Below are positions 8,677 to 18,209 of a stretch of 55,018 bases of DNA, one piece after another. The stretch is from a virus (Duplodnaviria > Caudoviricetes): the IMG/VR virus record IMGVR_UViG_3300006903_000014, positions 1 to 55,018 of that record. One strand, given 5' to 3'. The translations under genes were made by a program, and so were the position numbers. Position 1 is the first letter of the stretch. Each line of letters begins with the position of its first letter. The notes beneath the pieces are model-generated. The model made no database searches and was not told the DNA's origin. It saw only the letters and a list, made by a program, of their open reading frames with translations.

Positions 8677-9842
8677 TTGGCCCTCGTCCCCCATACCTTG
8701 TCGTCCTCGACCACTAGACCGGTGCTCTTCTGCCTGAGCCACACGTGCGCCTCATGATCGCCGCCCGACGTCGTCGTCGCGTACCAGTAGCCCCAGCTCC
8801 CCTCTGCCGGATCCGGGCCGCGCTGTGGCTGCAGGTCGAACAGTCCCTCCAGCTCCAGCTTCACGATCTCCGTGTCCCGCTTCTGGCACAGGGCGGGATA
8901 GTCCGCATCGAAGCCCTTGGGGTTCGGCCCGCTGGCCTTCCAGCGCAGCTTGACGCGCGTGTTCGCCGGGAGCGTCTTCTCCCCGTGCTTCGTCACGCCG
9001 TTCTGCGACCAGACCTCGACGCTGGTCAGTGGCGGGCAGGTCCCCGGCGGCGGCGTAGGGCCCGGCGTCGGCGTGGGACGCGGCGATGGATGGGGCGTCG
9101 GGACGGGCGTCGGCTCCGGGCTCGGCCGCGGGGTGGGCTCCGGCGTCGGTTCCGGCTCGGGCGTCGGGGTCGGGATCGGCGTCGCCCCCCCAGTGATCCG
9201 ATAGACGCCATTGTCGTCCCGACCGATCTTGCCCCAGGCGACGCGCGGGCCGCCGTAGGCCACGACGTGGACGCCCTCCCACAGGCCCGCCATCCCGTGG
9301 GTCGTCTCGGCGGGCCCCGGCGCGATCGCGATCCCGTCGTCCGGGATCCCGCCCCCGTGAGGCGAGAACTGCCCCGCGCACAGGCCCTCGCCGCGCAGGC
9401 GCTCCGTCAGGCGAGCGAAGAACGCCTGTGGCTCGCCCGTCCGGCAATCCTGGTCCCCGCGATGGCAGTTGGTCAGCGTCTCGATGGTCTTGGTCAGGTG
9501 CTCGGCGATCCCGCCAGGCCGATGCATGTACTCGAGAAAGTCGCGCGCCGTCGCCGGCTCGCGCGGCCCGGACGAGTCGTTGAGCAGGACCTCGTCCCCG
9601 CCCTGCGGCGTGACGCAGCCCTGGAACGATGGAGGCGGCGCCGGGGTCGGAGACGGGCTCGGGCTCGGCTGGGGCTGTGGGATCGGAGTCGGAGAGGGCG
9701 CGGGCTCCGGCGATGGCGTGCCGCCCGGAGAGGGCGGTGGGCTGGGTGCGGGGCCGCCCGGGAGCGAGACGTGGATCGCCGGGCAGCCCAGCGAGAGCAT
9801 CGCCGCGGCGGCGATCGCGAGGAACCCGGCCCAGCGGCGCAC
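8673..9842 (-). CDS. Pro/Thr-rich putative lipoprotein
   Basis: GGAGG then GTG 9842; MRRWAGFLAIAAAAMLSLGC signal; two (PS/PT/PE)n linkers separate two Cys-containing domains. Confidence 0.7.
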   Translation of the reverse strand: MRRWAGFLAIAAAAMLSLGCPAIHVSLPGGPAPSPPPSPGGTPSPEPAPSPTPIPQPQPSPSPSPTPAPPPSFQGCVTPQGGDEVLLNDSSGPREPATARDFLEYMHRPGGIAEHLTKTIETLTNCHRGDQDCRTGEPQAFFARLTERLRGEGLCAGQFSPHGGGIPDDGIAIAPGPAETTHGMAGLWEGVHVVAYGGPRVAWGKIGRDDNGVYRITGGATPIPTPTPEPEPTPEPTPRPSPEPTPVPTPHPSPRPTPTPGPTPPPGTCPPLTSVEVWSQNGVTKHGEKTLPANTRVKLRWKASGPNPKGFDADYPALCQKRDTEIVKLELEGLFDLQPQRGPDPAEGSWGYWYATTTSGGDHEAHVWLRQKSTGLVVEDDKVWGTRAK

Positions 9843-9844
9843 GG

Positions 9845-10354
9845 TCAGTCCGCCCTCGGAAAGATCAGGAACGGCCCCCAGGCGCGATTGCCCGAGGCGT
9901 CCAGGCCGTGGCTCACCCGGATCGCCGCGCTGGTCGTCCCAGGGCCCCATCCGTTCCAGCGCACCATGAAGGTGTAGCCGTCCGTGTCGATCAGGCCCCC
10001 CTCGTGCGCGCCCCGCGCCGCCTTCGCCGGGTCCTTCGACGGCGGCCGTCCGGAGTCGCCGAAGATGCCCTGGTCGATCAGCTCCCAGGCGCTCCCGAAC
10101 GTCGCCGCCACGTCGGCGTCGCCGCGGAAGCTGCCCACCCGGTGAGCTGGCTGGGTGCCGCCCTCGTACAGCTCCACCTCGATCTCCGCCGCGGCCGGCT
10201 TGGGCTTCGACGGGTCGCCGACGGTGTCCAGGCGGATCTTGTCGCGCGCCATCAGCACGCCCTCGTCCGTGGCGAACGGCGATAGGATCGCCTCGACGTC
10301 CTGCTCCACCCCGCGATTGCGGATCGTGCTGACCTTCAGCAAGGGATAATCCAC
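9845..10354 (-). CDS. Hypothetical protein
   Basis: GGAGG RBS; coupled to its neighbours. Confidence 0.6.
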   Translation of the reverse strand: MDYPLLKVSTIRNRGVEQDVEAILSPFATDEGVLMARDKIRLDTVGDPSKPKPAAAEIEVELYEGGTQPAHRVGSFRGDADVAATFGSAWELIDQGIFGDSGRPPSKDPAKAARGAHEGGLIDTDGYTFMVRWNGWGPGTTSAAIRVSHGLDASGNRAWGPFLIFPRAD

Positions 10355-10356
10355 GG

Positions 10357-10674
10357 CTACCTCCTACCCTCTCGAATGGCCTGGTAGACCTCGTCCGACT
10401 GCGCCGTGAAATGGCCCAGCAGGAAGGCGATGACCACGAGGCCGATGTCGACCAGCATGTGGACCACGACCACGATGATCAGGACGACCCACGGCTGCTC
10501 GGCCCAGACCTGCCAGATCAGGCGCGAGATGGTCCCGTCCCCCGCCGCCTTCCCGCTCAGCTCGATCCAGAGCAGCCAGCCGCCGCCGCCGAAGATCACG
10601 AGCAGGCCGATGCACACCAGCGCGATGGCGAACGGGAGCAGGCGACGCGCGGTCACGACCAGCTCGGGCTTCAT
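10357..10674 (-). CDS. Holin-like two-TM membrane protein
   Basis: ATGA overlap with the amidase stop; two long hydrophobic helices, basic C-terminus. Confidence 0.65.
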   Translation of the reverse strand: MKPELVVTARRLLPFAIALVCIGLLVIFGGGGWLLWIELSGKAAGDGTISRLIWQVWAEQPWVVLIIVVVVHMLVDIGLVVIAFLLGHFTAQSDEVYQAIREGRR

Positions 10675-11240
10675 TCGTTGATCGCCGCGATCACGAGGCC
10701 GAGATAGGTCGACATCGGGAAGGACGGGCCCGGGTCCCAGTGGTCCGACTTGCGGAACGCCACGCTGATCGCGGCGTGGGTCGTGATCCCCGCCAGCCCG
10801 TTCTTCAGGTCGACCGGCGCCAGGGCGCGGGCCGGGATCTTGTGGCGCACGCAGATGTCGGCCGCCAGCCTGGCGCTCACCCTCAGCATGGACAGGCTGT
10901 ACTCGTCGAGCCAGTCGCGCTCCGACTGGTTCGCGTAGCCCGCGTGCTCGATGTGGATCCCGTTCTGGTTCGCGCCCGGCGCGGCCCACGCCACGTCCTG
11001 CTCCTCGACGCACCGCACGACCTCCCGGTCGTCGACGCAGTAGTGGGCCGATGCCTCCGGAGAGTCTGGCGAGGCGAACCACTGCGCCACCGCGCGCGCC
11101 GTGCCCGGCTTCTCGGGATGCTCCATCGAGTGGAGGACCAGGAGGCTAACCTGGCGGCCGAGCTGTGCGTGCGTGAAGTACCTCGCTCGGATCAGGTCCA
11201 CGGTGCCAAAAGCGTAGCCCGCGACTTGCCTTGATGTCAA
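10671..11240 (-). CDS. Endolysin, N-acetylmuramoyl-L-alanine amidase (Amidase_2)
   Basis: LLVLHSME, ASAHYCVD, AWAAPGAN..GIHIEH, THAA...HWDPG zinc-amidase motifs. Confidence 0.92.
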   Translation of the reverse strand: MTSRQVAGYAFGTVDLIRARYFTHAQLGRQVSLLVLHSMEHPEKPGTARAVAQWFASPDSPEASAHYCVDDREVVRCVEEQDVAWAAPGANQNGIHIEHAGYANQSERDWLDEYSLSMLRVSARLAADICVRHKIPARALAPVDLKNGLAGITTHAAISVAFRKSDHWDPGPSFPMSTYLGLVIAAINE

Positions 11241-11725
11241 GCCCGGCCCCCGAGCACCCGCGCCCTCTGGAGGATCGTCTCGACCGCCTCTGCGGCCGAG
11301 CCCACGATCATCACGGCTGAGCCGCGCCAGCCCTCGACGAATCGCTGCTCGTCCGGCGTCAGCCTCTGCGCGCTGGGCTTGAGCGACCCGTCCTTGACCT
11401 CGACCAGGAACGTCAGGCCCTGATAGCCGACAGTGAGGTCCGGGAATCCCTGGCCGAGCATCGACGTCACGCGCACGCTCGCGCCGATCTTGCGCAGGGC
11501 GTCCACCACCGCCTTCTGCGTCGCGTCGACCCGGTGCCGCTGCCTCACGTCGTCACCGTCGGACCACTTCAGCGGCGCCGGGATCACGTCCCACGAGGTC
11601 CCCCGGCGATCGAGCCCCGCGGCCGCGGCGTATTCCCGCGCGTCGACGTCGGCCACGAACGGCCCGGCGATCGCGACCCCGTCGGCGTACCGCGCGAGAA
11701 TGAAGTACTCGAGCTGGGCCGTCAC
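11237..11725 (-). CDS. VRR-NUC-like PD-(D/E)xK endonuclease / Holliday junction resolvase (possible internal start at 11548)
   Basis: RVDATQ.AVVDALR..GASV...GFPDL.VG...LVEVKDG...LTPDE..F. Confidence 0.8.
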   Translation of the reverse strand: MTAQLEYFILARYADGVAIAGPFVADVDAREYAAAAGLDRRGTSWDVIPAPLKWSDGDDVRQRHRVDATQKAVVDALRKIGASVRVTSMLGQGFPDLTVGYQGLTFLVEVKDGSLKPSAQRLTPDEQRFVEGWRGSAVMIVGSAAEAVETILQRARVLGGRA

Positions 11726-12756
11726 TTGCCCTCGTCCTCGTCATCGGGCAACTCTAGCAGGCGCCGCGGCGGCGTGGGGTCCAGTTGCTGCGGCCGCGGC
11801 CTCGCAGGCATCCGCTTGTGCGGAGTCGCCCTCATCGGCGGCCCGCCCGCATGCAGTCCGCAGGCTGTATATCCCGGCCCGAGCACGGGCAAACGACAGC
11901 CCGCCACCCCGCAGATTTCGCCTATCGGGATCGCCTGGATAAACGATTGCGTGTTCAAGTAGCCGGCCGCTTCGGACGCCCGGAGCATCGCGTCCATCCG
12001 CTCCGCGGCGCTGGCCGCGCTCGCGCCCATGCTCGCGATGGTGAGTCCGGCCGTCGGGTCGTATTGGGCCACCGGGAAGGCCTCCTCCATGCTGAAGCTG
12101 GTCGTGCTTCCGTCCGGGAATCGCACGCGGAACTCGGGCATGTAGCCGAGAGTCCTCACCCGATCGCCCGCCATCCCGTGGATCGCCTGAAGGACCCCGC
12201 GCTTCCCGCGATTCGACCAGAACCCGACCGAACAGCCCACCGAGGACTCCGTCAGCATTCGGCTGGAGCTCAGCATCTTGACGGCGCGCTGACGCCACGG
12301 CGCGGATTCCGGGCCGCCCTGGGATATGAGGAGAGCCTGCAGCTCGGACGTGAAGGCATTGACCGTCGTCTCCGCGCCGGTGAACCTCTGGACGATCCTG
12401 CGGAGCGCGCCCTCGGCGTCGGTCCCGTCGCACTGCCGAATCGGCACATCGACGTGGACGCAGCCGGCCTTCCCGCAGTAGAAGACCTCCCTCCACCCGC
12501 CGCCCTCGAACACTGCGTCCCGCGCGGCCGCGACGTCCTCCATGAACCGCTCGGCGTCATGGCGGCTGCTGAAGCTGCGCCGCTGGCGACTCGTGATCTC
12601 CTCGGCGACCCCGACCTCCGTGGGCGTCGGCCCCAGCGCGGCCTCCAGGTCGATCAGGATGTGGCTCTCGTGGTTCTTCACCACCCTGGCGCGCACCCTC
12701 TGTCGGCCGGAGCGGAACTCCCGGATCCCTCGGCTCAACCAGCGATAGGTCGCCAT
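11722..12756 (-). CDS. Hypothetical protein
   Basis: TGATG coupling at 12754-12758; Cys clusters CGKAGC and CGVAGC. Confidence 0.55.
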   Translation of the reverse strand: MATYRWLSRGIREFRSGRQRVRARVVKNHESHILIDLEAALGPTPTEVGVAEEITSRQRRSFSSRHDAERFMEDVAAARDAVFEGGGWREVFYCGKAGCVHVDVPIRQCDGTDAEGALRRIVQRFTGAETTVNAFTSELQALLISQGGPESAPWRQRAVKMLSSSRMLTESSVGCSVGFWSNRGKRGVLQAIHGMAGDRVRTLGYMPEFRVRFPDGSTTSFSMEEAFPVAQYDPTAGLTIASMGASAASAAERMDAMLRASEAAGYLNTQSFIQAIPIGEICGVAGCRLPVLGPGYTACGLHAGGPPMRATPHKRMPARPRPQQLDPTPPRRLLELPDDEDEGK

Positions 12757-13088
12757 CACGTCTCCAGCTTCGCGAGCGCGGCGACGTAGTCGGCGAGCGC
12801 CTCGAGCGCGACCACCAGCCGCTCGCGCGACGGTGCGTCCATCTTCCGCGCGCGCGCCATGATCGTGTCCGCCGCCAGCACGCATTCACCGTCGGGCTGC
12901 CCGGCGAAGAACACCCGCCGCACCCGCGGGAGCGTCGGGACCGGCCGCTGCCTCAGCAGCTCGCAGACCTGGACGACGTCGCGCGGCCTGAAGCCCGAGC
13001 CGTCCGGCGGGAGCGGGAGCTTTCGGAAGAACTCCGCCACCTCGTCGAGCGCCGCCTCGCGCGCGCGGTCCGTCGCGCGCTGGATCAT
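12756..13088 (-). CDS. Hypothetical protein
   Basis: ATGA overlap. Confidence 0.55.
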   Translation of the reverse strand: MIQRATDRAREAALDEVAEFFRKLPLPPDGSGFRPRDVVQVCELLRQRPVPTLPRVRRVFFAGQPDGECVLAADTIMARARKMDAPSRERLVVALEALADYVAALAKLET

Positions 13089-13366
13089 CGCGCCGTCCCC
13101 TCCCCGCGTTCCCTGCTCCAGCGCTTCGCCTCCGGGCAGGTCGCGAAGTGGGCGACGTAGCCGTCCGGATCCCGGCTCAGGCGCGCCAGGGGATCCCCCC
13201 CGGGGCGGCGCTCGAGCGAGAAGAGCAGCGCCTTGGGCCCGGCCGTGGCCCGTGAGACCTGCTCCGCGTCGACGGGCATCTTCTTGCCCCGCGCCGTCAC
13301 CACCCAGATCATCGCGGCGCCGCAGCTCCGGCAGTCGCTCGTGTAGAACCCCTCATCGGTGATCAT
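13085..13366 (-). CDS. Conserved phage Zn-binding protein
   Basis: CRSCGA..IW..T..GKKMPVD...HFATCP motif. Confidence 0.75.
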   Translation of the reverse strand: MITDEGFYTSDCRSCGAAMIWVVTARGKKMPVDAEQVSRATAGPKALLFSLERRPGGDPLARLSRDPDGYVAHFATCPEAKRWSRERGEGTAR

Positions 13367-13683
13367 GCCTCGTCCCCCCTTCCCTCTGTCCTCAGCTCCA
13401 GCGCCGCGTCGATGAGCTGCCCGCAGGCGCCACAGCGGACCTCGTCCCCCCACGCCGGCCTGGAGCCGTCCGGCATCACGACCTCCTCGGCCCTGGCGAA
13501 CGCGCCGCCCTGCCGATAGAAGGCGATCCCATTGCATACGACGTGCCGCATGCGGAATGGGTAAAGCCTCGGCTCCGGACCCGTCCAGGGCCCGCAGGGG
13601 CGGCAGCCCAGGTGGGCGCCGTAGGGATGACAGCAGGCGACGCACTCCGCGCCGACGTCCGTCACGTCCCAGGACGCCCTCAC
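13363..13683 (-). CDS. Cys-rich hypothetical protein
   Basis: GTGA overlap; CxxC pairs. Confidence 0.5.
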   Translation of the reverse strand: MRASWDVTDVGAECVACCHPYGAHLGCRPCGPWTGPEPRLYPFRMRHVVCNGIAFYRQGGAFARAEEVVMPDGSRPAWGDEVRCGACGQLIDAALELRTEGRGDEA

Positions 13684-14417
13684 GCCGACCGCCCGTCTGA
13701 GACCCGTCCGTCCGTCAGCAGCTTGACCTCCGCGGCCGCGCGCGCGTCGGCCGGAGTGACGCCGCGGCGCCTCAGCTCGGCGACCTCGGCGCGCGTCCAG
13801 ATGGAGCCCCTCGGCACCCCCGCGCGCTCGAGGCGGGCGAGCGCGGCCGCGTCCGTCGCGACGTGGAGCGTCCTCCCCAAGCCGGCGTCGATCTCCACGC
13901 AGAGCGAGCGCGGAGGGCGCAGCAGGTCCTGCACCGGCCACATCTCCTCGAGCGGCACGTACCAGAGCTTGACCTCGCCGCCCGGCCTCTTGAATCTACC
14001 CTGGCGCCGCGCGCGGCGGAAGCCCGCGCGGTCCACCCAGCCGCGAAGGAGCGCCGTCGAGTCAGTGAGCCGCCAGATCAGCACGCCCACGTCGAACGAC
14101 AGGGTGTCGTCCTCCGGGTGGTTCAGGCGGAACGGGCCGCCCTCCTTCCAGCACGTCTTCACGTCGACCGTGCGTGCGTCGGCGAGGGCGAAGTCGGGGT
14201 CGCGCAGCTCCTTGAAGCGCGGCGTGGGCGTGATGCCCGTCGCCCGGCCGAAGGCGATCTCGCCCCAGTAGCCGCGCGCCTCCGGCGTCTGGTCGTCCGC
14301 GCCCGTCGTGTTCTTGTACTCGCGGACGCTCCGCCTGCGCGCGCGCCCGTCGAGTCGCCGCTGGGCCCCGACCTTGAGCGCCTGCTCCCAGTCGTCCGAC
14401 GTCATCTCGACGATCAC
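13680..14417 (-). CDS. PD-(D/E)xK nuclease-like protein
   Basis: G..GEIAF...PDF...TVDVKT...LRGW pattern. Confidence 0.6.
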   Translation of the reverse strand: MIVEMTSDDWEQALKVGAQRRLDGRARRRSVREYKNTTGADDQTPEARGYWGEIAFGRATGITPTPRFKELRDPDFALADARTVDVKTCWKEGGPFRLNHPEDDTLSFDVGVLIWRLTDSTALLRGWVDRAGFRRARRQGRFKRPGGEVKLWYVPLEEMWPVQDLLRPPRSLCVEIDAGLGRTLHVATDAAALARLERAGVPRGSIWTRAEVAELRRRGVTPADARAAAEVKLLTDGRVSDGRSA

Positions 14418-14734
14418 GGGACCACCGGCGGGGTCAGCGCGGCGCATGAGACGTAGCCGACGACCCAGCGAATGAAGATTACCCATGACCCGGCGGACGA
14501 CAGGAATGGCTCCCCCTCGATGAGGCAGTGGGGCTTCGTGATCTTGCGGCCGATGATCGAGTGGTAGTCGGCGTAGCCGCCCCGCCTCAGCCAGGCGTAT
14601 TTGGCTGGAGGCGTGGTGAAGAACGGGTCCCTGGGATCCTCGTGGCAGCGGACGCAGAGGTATCTCTGGTGCTGATCCGAATGGAGGCATGGGCCGGGCC
14701 CATGGCAGCTCTCGCACTTCCGCCCGCCACTCAT
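14414..14734 (-). CDS. Zn-finger hypothetical protein
   Basis: ATGA overlap; CESC...CVRC. Confidence 0.5.
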   Translation of the reverse strand: MSGGRKCESCHGPGPCLHSDQHQRYLCVRCHEDPRDPFFTTPPAKYAWLRRGGYADYHSIIGRKITKPHCLIEGEPFLSSAGSWVIFIRWVVGYVSCAALTPPVVP

Positions 14735-15060
14735 GACTCGAGCCCCATGGCCTTCTCTATCGCCCGCTCGATCGCCTCGACCTCGATCGCGTCCGTAGGC
14801 CATGAGCCTATCGCTGCCGCGGCAGCCTCCGCGATTCGCCTCGTCGCTCCGGCGCCCAGGACCAGGACCCGATGGTCGTCGCAGACCGGCATGCTGCCGA
14901 GCAGCAGCGTCCAGCCGCGCGGCGGACGAAGATATGCCTCGGCGATGTATCGGCTCGGCCCGCCGCCGGGAGCCGGCGAGAGGCGCGTGACGTCGTCTTT
15001 CTGGCAGAATCGGCAACGCCACGTGACGTCCACGTCGAGGTCCGTCTTACGGTCAGCCAC
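14731..15060 (-). CDS. Zn-finger hypothetical protein
   Basis: CRFC...PRGW...VCDDH. Confidence 0.55.
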   Translation of the reverse strand: MADRKTDLDVDVTWRCRFCQKDDVTRLSPAPGGGPSRYIAEAYLRPPRGWTLLLGSMPVCDDHRVLVLGAGATRRIAEAAAAAIGSWPTDAIEVEAIERAIEKAMGLES

Positions 15061-15559
15061 GGGGCACCTCGAATATCTGCGCGCGGGCGATGTCCTCGTC
15101 GAGCGCGAGCGGAATCAGCCACAGGAGATTCGGTACGAAGGCGAGCCCCGTCAGGCCCCCCGGCGAAGCGGGACCACACCAGAGCGTCTCGTCCGTCCGC
15201 GGCATCAATGTCGACATGCCGTCCAGCGTCCACTTCGCCGCGAAGAAATGCACGGCCCAGCCACGGGCGTCGGACAAGGAGGCGTAGTGGCGCCATGTAA
15301 AATCGGGCGGGTCGCGCAGCGCATCCACGGTGCTGATTCCTGGATCGGCGACGCCGACCTCCTCGCGGAACTCCCTGCGCATCGCGTATTCGAAGGACGG
15401 GTCCGTCGGCTCGACCTTCCCGCCGATCCCGTTCAGGCGGCCGGCCTGCCACTCCGGCCTGCGCTTCCGGATCAGCAATACCCTCCTGTCGAACGGCGGC
15501 GTCGGGTCGGCGAACAGGAACCCGACGACGTAGTGGGTCCTCTTCGGGGCTCCCGTCAC
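15053..15559 (-). CDS. NUDIX hydrolase
   Basis: VLLIRK.RP.WQAG.LNGIGGKVE...AMRREFREEVG Nudix box. Confidence 0.9.
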   Translation of the reverse strand: MTGAPKRTHYVVGFLFADPTPPFDRRVLLIRKRRPEWQAGRLNGIGGKVEPTDPSFEYAMRREFREEVGVADPGISTVDALRDPPDFTWRHYASLSDARGWAVHFFAAKWTLDGMSTLMPRTDETLWCGPASPGGLTGLAFVPNLLWLIPLALDEDIARAQIFEVPRG

Positions 15560-15825
15560 GACTCGCTCCGCCTCGTCGAGCAGAGCTGAGCCAGGGCCCG
15601 GCACTCGGACGCGGCCTCGATGAACGAGTGCTCGAGGTCGTACAGCGAGCGCGGCGGCAGGTCGCTGACGGCCAGGCCCCCGTTCAGGAGCATCTGGAGC
15701 GGCCCCTGGACGACCGCGATGCGCTGGATGTGGAATCCCAGCAGCCCCCAGCGCGCGGTGGGCTCCTCCGGCGTGCCCTTCTGCTGCTCGAGCGTCCGCT
15801 TCGCCTCGTCACACTGCTTGCACAT
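15556..15825 (-). CDS. Hypothetical protein
   Basis: RBS; coupled ORF. Confidence 0.5.
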   Translation of the reverse strand: MCKQCDEAKRTLEQQKGTPEEPTARWGLLGFHIQRIAVVQGPLQMLLNGGLAVSDLPPRSLYDLEHSFIEAASECRALAQLCSTRRSES

Positions 15826-15841
15826 GCGCCCCCCCTCTCTC

Positions 15842-16231
15842 CTAAAGGCCGCGCGACCGCAGCCACTCCCCGACCTGCTCCCGTCTCCAGCCGTGCTGGT
15901 CCTGCACGTGCGCGAGCGCCATCATCCAATCGTGCCGCGGCGGGCACTCGCACATCTGGAGCGCGGTGTCCTTGAGCCAGGGCCAGCAGACCTCCAGCGC
16001 GTCGACCACGCTCAGCCGCTTCGCCGCGAGCCTCGCATTGAGTCGCTCCCACGATCCCGCCCGCGCGATCAGGGCCGTCCCCATGGCGTCGGCGCAGGCC
16101 GGGACCGGCCCGTCCTCCGGGCGCCCGATCCACGCCATCCCGTGGCTCGCGGTGAAGAAGTACTCCGGGCCCTCGGGGATGAGCGCGCAGCCGGCGAGGA
16201 TCGCGTCCGACAGCTTGACCATGGCGCTCAT
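15842..16231 (-). CDS. Conserved phage hypothetical protein
   Basis: LSDAILAG...CA..MG...QD.HGWRREQVGEWL. Confidence 0.6.
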   Translation of the reverse strand: MSAMVKLSDAILAGCALIPEGPEYFFTASHGMAWIGRPEDGPVPACADAMGTALIARAGSWERLNARLAAKRLSVVDALEVCWPWLKDTALQMCECPPRHDWMMALAHVQDQHGWRREQVGEWLRSRGL

Positions 16232-16506
16232 CTCTCGAGCCGCTCCGGGAACCAGGTCGCCAGCTCCGCCCTGACGGCCGCCGGCTCGTGGTCGTAGTCG
16301 GGCCGGCCGCAGGAGGCGCACGCCCACCGTTCGCTCCCGGCGAAGTCATGGTTCGGAACCAGCGCCGGGAGCGAGGCGCCGCACAGGACGCAGCGCGCGG
16401 CGGCGCCATGGATCTCGACGTAGCGCGCCATGCCCTCGACCGGCACGAATCCGCACATCGCGCAGCAGTGGGGCGGCCAGGGCACAGTGCCCGAGATAAG
16501 AGTCAA
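16228..16506 (-). CDS. Zn-finger hypothetical protein
   Basis: Three CxxC pairs. Confidence 0.5.
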   Translation of the reverse strand: MTLISGTVPWPPHCCAMCGFVPVEGMARYVEIHGAAARCVLCGASLPALVPNHDFAGSERWACASCGRPDYDHEPAAVRAELATWFPERLER

Positions 16507-17057
16507 TCCTCACCCCCCTCGTCGTCAAACACCTGGTCCGCCTCGTCGGGCGGGTCCTTGTATGGGAGCCAGCCCTGTCCCGCCACCGGGGCCGCGGGCA
16601 TCGACTTGGCCACGGGCGCGACCGGGGCCTGCACCATCCCCAGACCGGCCGCGATTCGCTCCAGGTGCTCGTCCGCCGGCTCGCCCTCGCGCCGCTCCAG
16701 GTCTCCTCCCGGAGAGAGGCGCGTCAGCTCGGCCTCCGTCGGGCCCGGCCGCTCGCGAGCCCCCGTGAACTTGTCCGGCCTGGTCCCGTCCGCCAGCAGG
16801 ACGCGCACCTTCAGCTCCGCCGTGTGGGTCACCGCGAACAGGAGCACGCCGCGCTCGGCCGGCGTCAGGCGCTTCCCGTCGGTCTCGAGGTCCGCCGACC
16901 ACTGGTCAAACGCCTCCTCCACGCCGAGCTGACGCGAGCGGCCCTCGAGCGCGTACCAGTCCAGGAACGTCTGCGCGAGGTCCTGCGCGCGCGACGCGAA
17001 CAGCGCCAGGCGCCGCCCGTAGTAGTCCGACTCCTCGCGCGTCAGCTCGTCCGCCAT
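16503..17057 (-). CDS. Hypothetical protein
   Basis: GGAGG RBS; TGATG coupling. Confidence 0.55.
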   Translation of the reverse strand: MADELTREESDYYGRRLALFASRAQDLAQTFLDWYALEGRSRQLGVEEAFDQWSADLETDGKRLTPAERGVLLFAVTHTAELKVRVLLADGTRPDKFTGARERPGPTEAELTRLSPGGDLERREGEPADEHLERIAAGLGMVQAPVAPVAKSMPAAPVAGQGWLPYKDPPDEADQVFDDEGGED

Positions 17058-17176
17058 CACGCCCTCCCGTGGCAGCGCGGGCAACGACCGCCCTCGGCGC
17101 GCCGATGGCCGAGGAGACCGCAGGCGATCCCGCGGAGCCATCGTCCCAGCGCCGCGACGCCCACCCGACTCGACAT
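17057..17176 (-). CDS. Small C.L.GH...C.RC protein
   Basis: TGATG coupling at both ends. Confidence 0.5.
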   Translation of the reverse strand: MSSRVGVAALGRWLRGIACGLLGHRRAEGGRCPRCHGRA

Positions 17177-17697
17177 CAGCTCCACTCCGCTGGACGCAAC
17201 GACGCCGGGAGATAGAGGGGGTGCGCGGGGCTGCCGTCCTTGTTCAGGGCCAGGACGCTCAGCCGAACGCCCAGCGCCCGCAGCATCGAACGCACGTAGC
17301 GGCAGTGGGCGGCATATCCCGGCACCGAGCGCCCCGACCTGCCCCACGCGGCGATCACCAGTTGCGCCTGCGCCGCGTTGCCCGAGATGAAGCCGGCGTT
17401 CTGCGGCCCCTCCGGCTCCGGGTCGCGCGCGAGGTCCATCGGATCGGTGGCCCGCCGCGCGTAGAGGTTCACGACGACCATGCCGCCGAACCCCAGGTCC
17501 CGGGAGAAGCGCGCGCACCGACGAATCGTCGGGTCGTCGTCCATCCCGTCCGCCGTCGACGGGTTCAGCATGATCCAGCACGGTCGCGTCGCGAGCATTC
17601 CCGGCGCCCACCAGTGGCGCCAGAGGCTGTAGCGATATCGGCCATCCTCCGAGATGACCGCGCCCCCCGTCCATTCGTCGCGCGCCGGCATGATCAT
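17176..17697 (-). CDS. DUF1643 family protein
   Basis: YRY.L.R.W, IMLNPSTAD...DDPTIRRC, VVNLYA.RATDP, IAAWG, P.HPLY. Confidence 0.9.
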   Translation of the reverse strand: MIMPARDEWTGGAVISEDGRYRYSLWRHWWAPGMLATRPCWIMLNPSTADGMDDDPTIRRCARFSRDLGFGGMVVVNLYARRATDPMDLARDPEPEGPQNAGFISGNAAQAQLVIAAWGRSGRSVPGYAAHCRYVRSMLRALGVRLSVLALNKDGSPAHPLYLPASLRPAEWS

Positions 17698-18209
17698 CTC
17701 CGCCTCCCCAGACCCAGCTCCTCCATCGGCTCGGGCAGGCCGATGGCCGCGCGCCTTGCCCACGCGGCGCGCAGGGCCGCCGTGAACTGACGCATGACGT
17801 ATCGGCGCCCGCGGTCGTCCTCCTCGAACGCCTCGTGCCCTCCGACCGCCTCGAACGCCTCGGCGACCTCCGGCCCGAGGTCGCGCGCGATCACGTAGTG
17901 GACGCGACGGCGCTGGCCGCCGCCCATCTCGACGGCGCTCCTGTCGACGGCGCGGAACGCCTCGTTGGCGGCGGCGACCTCCGCGGCCTCCCGCTCGCGC
18001 CGCTTCGCCTCGAGAAGCATCGCCGGTGGCGGGAGCCGCGTGGAGCGCCAGGTGCTAAGCGTCTCGGAGACCGCGACTCTCCACTCGTCGTCGGTGAGCT
18101 GCGGCGCGATCACCCCGCGGTAGACGTTAAGCAGGTCCTCCGTGGGCTCGCGGTCATAGGCCACGCAGAGCGCGTGCATCCCGGCGGCGAACGCCGCATC
18201 GCTGATCAC
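17694..18209 (-). CDS. Replication accessory protein (G39P/DUF6475-like helicase loader or loader inhibitor)
   Basis: F...M..L...Y......L..Y...L.D.EW..AV......LP.PA.L pattern; A..AVGG...F...RQF C-terminus; lies downstream of the initiator-like gene. Confidence 0.65.
   Translation of the reverse strand: MISDAAFAAGMHALCVAYDREPTEDLLNVYRGVIAPQLTDDEWRVAVSETLSTWRSTRLPPPAMLLEAKRREREAAEVAAANEAFRAVDRSAVEMGGGQRRRVHYVIARDLGPEVAEAFEAVGGHEAFEEDDRGRRYVMRQFTAALRAAWARRAAIGLPEPMEELGLGRRR

Noticed and set aside
9040-9780. Short tandem DNA repeats
   Set aside because: Degenerate codons of PT/PS/PE protein linkers; not an array or a diversity-generating element
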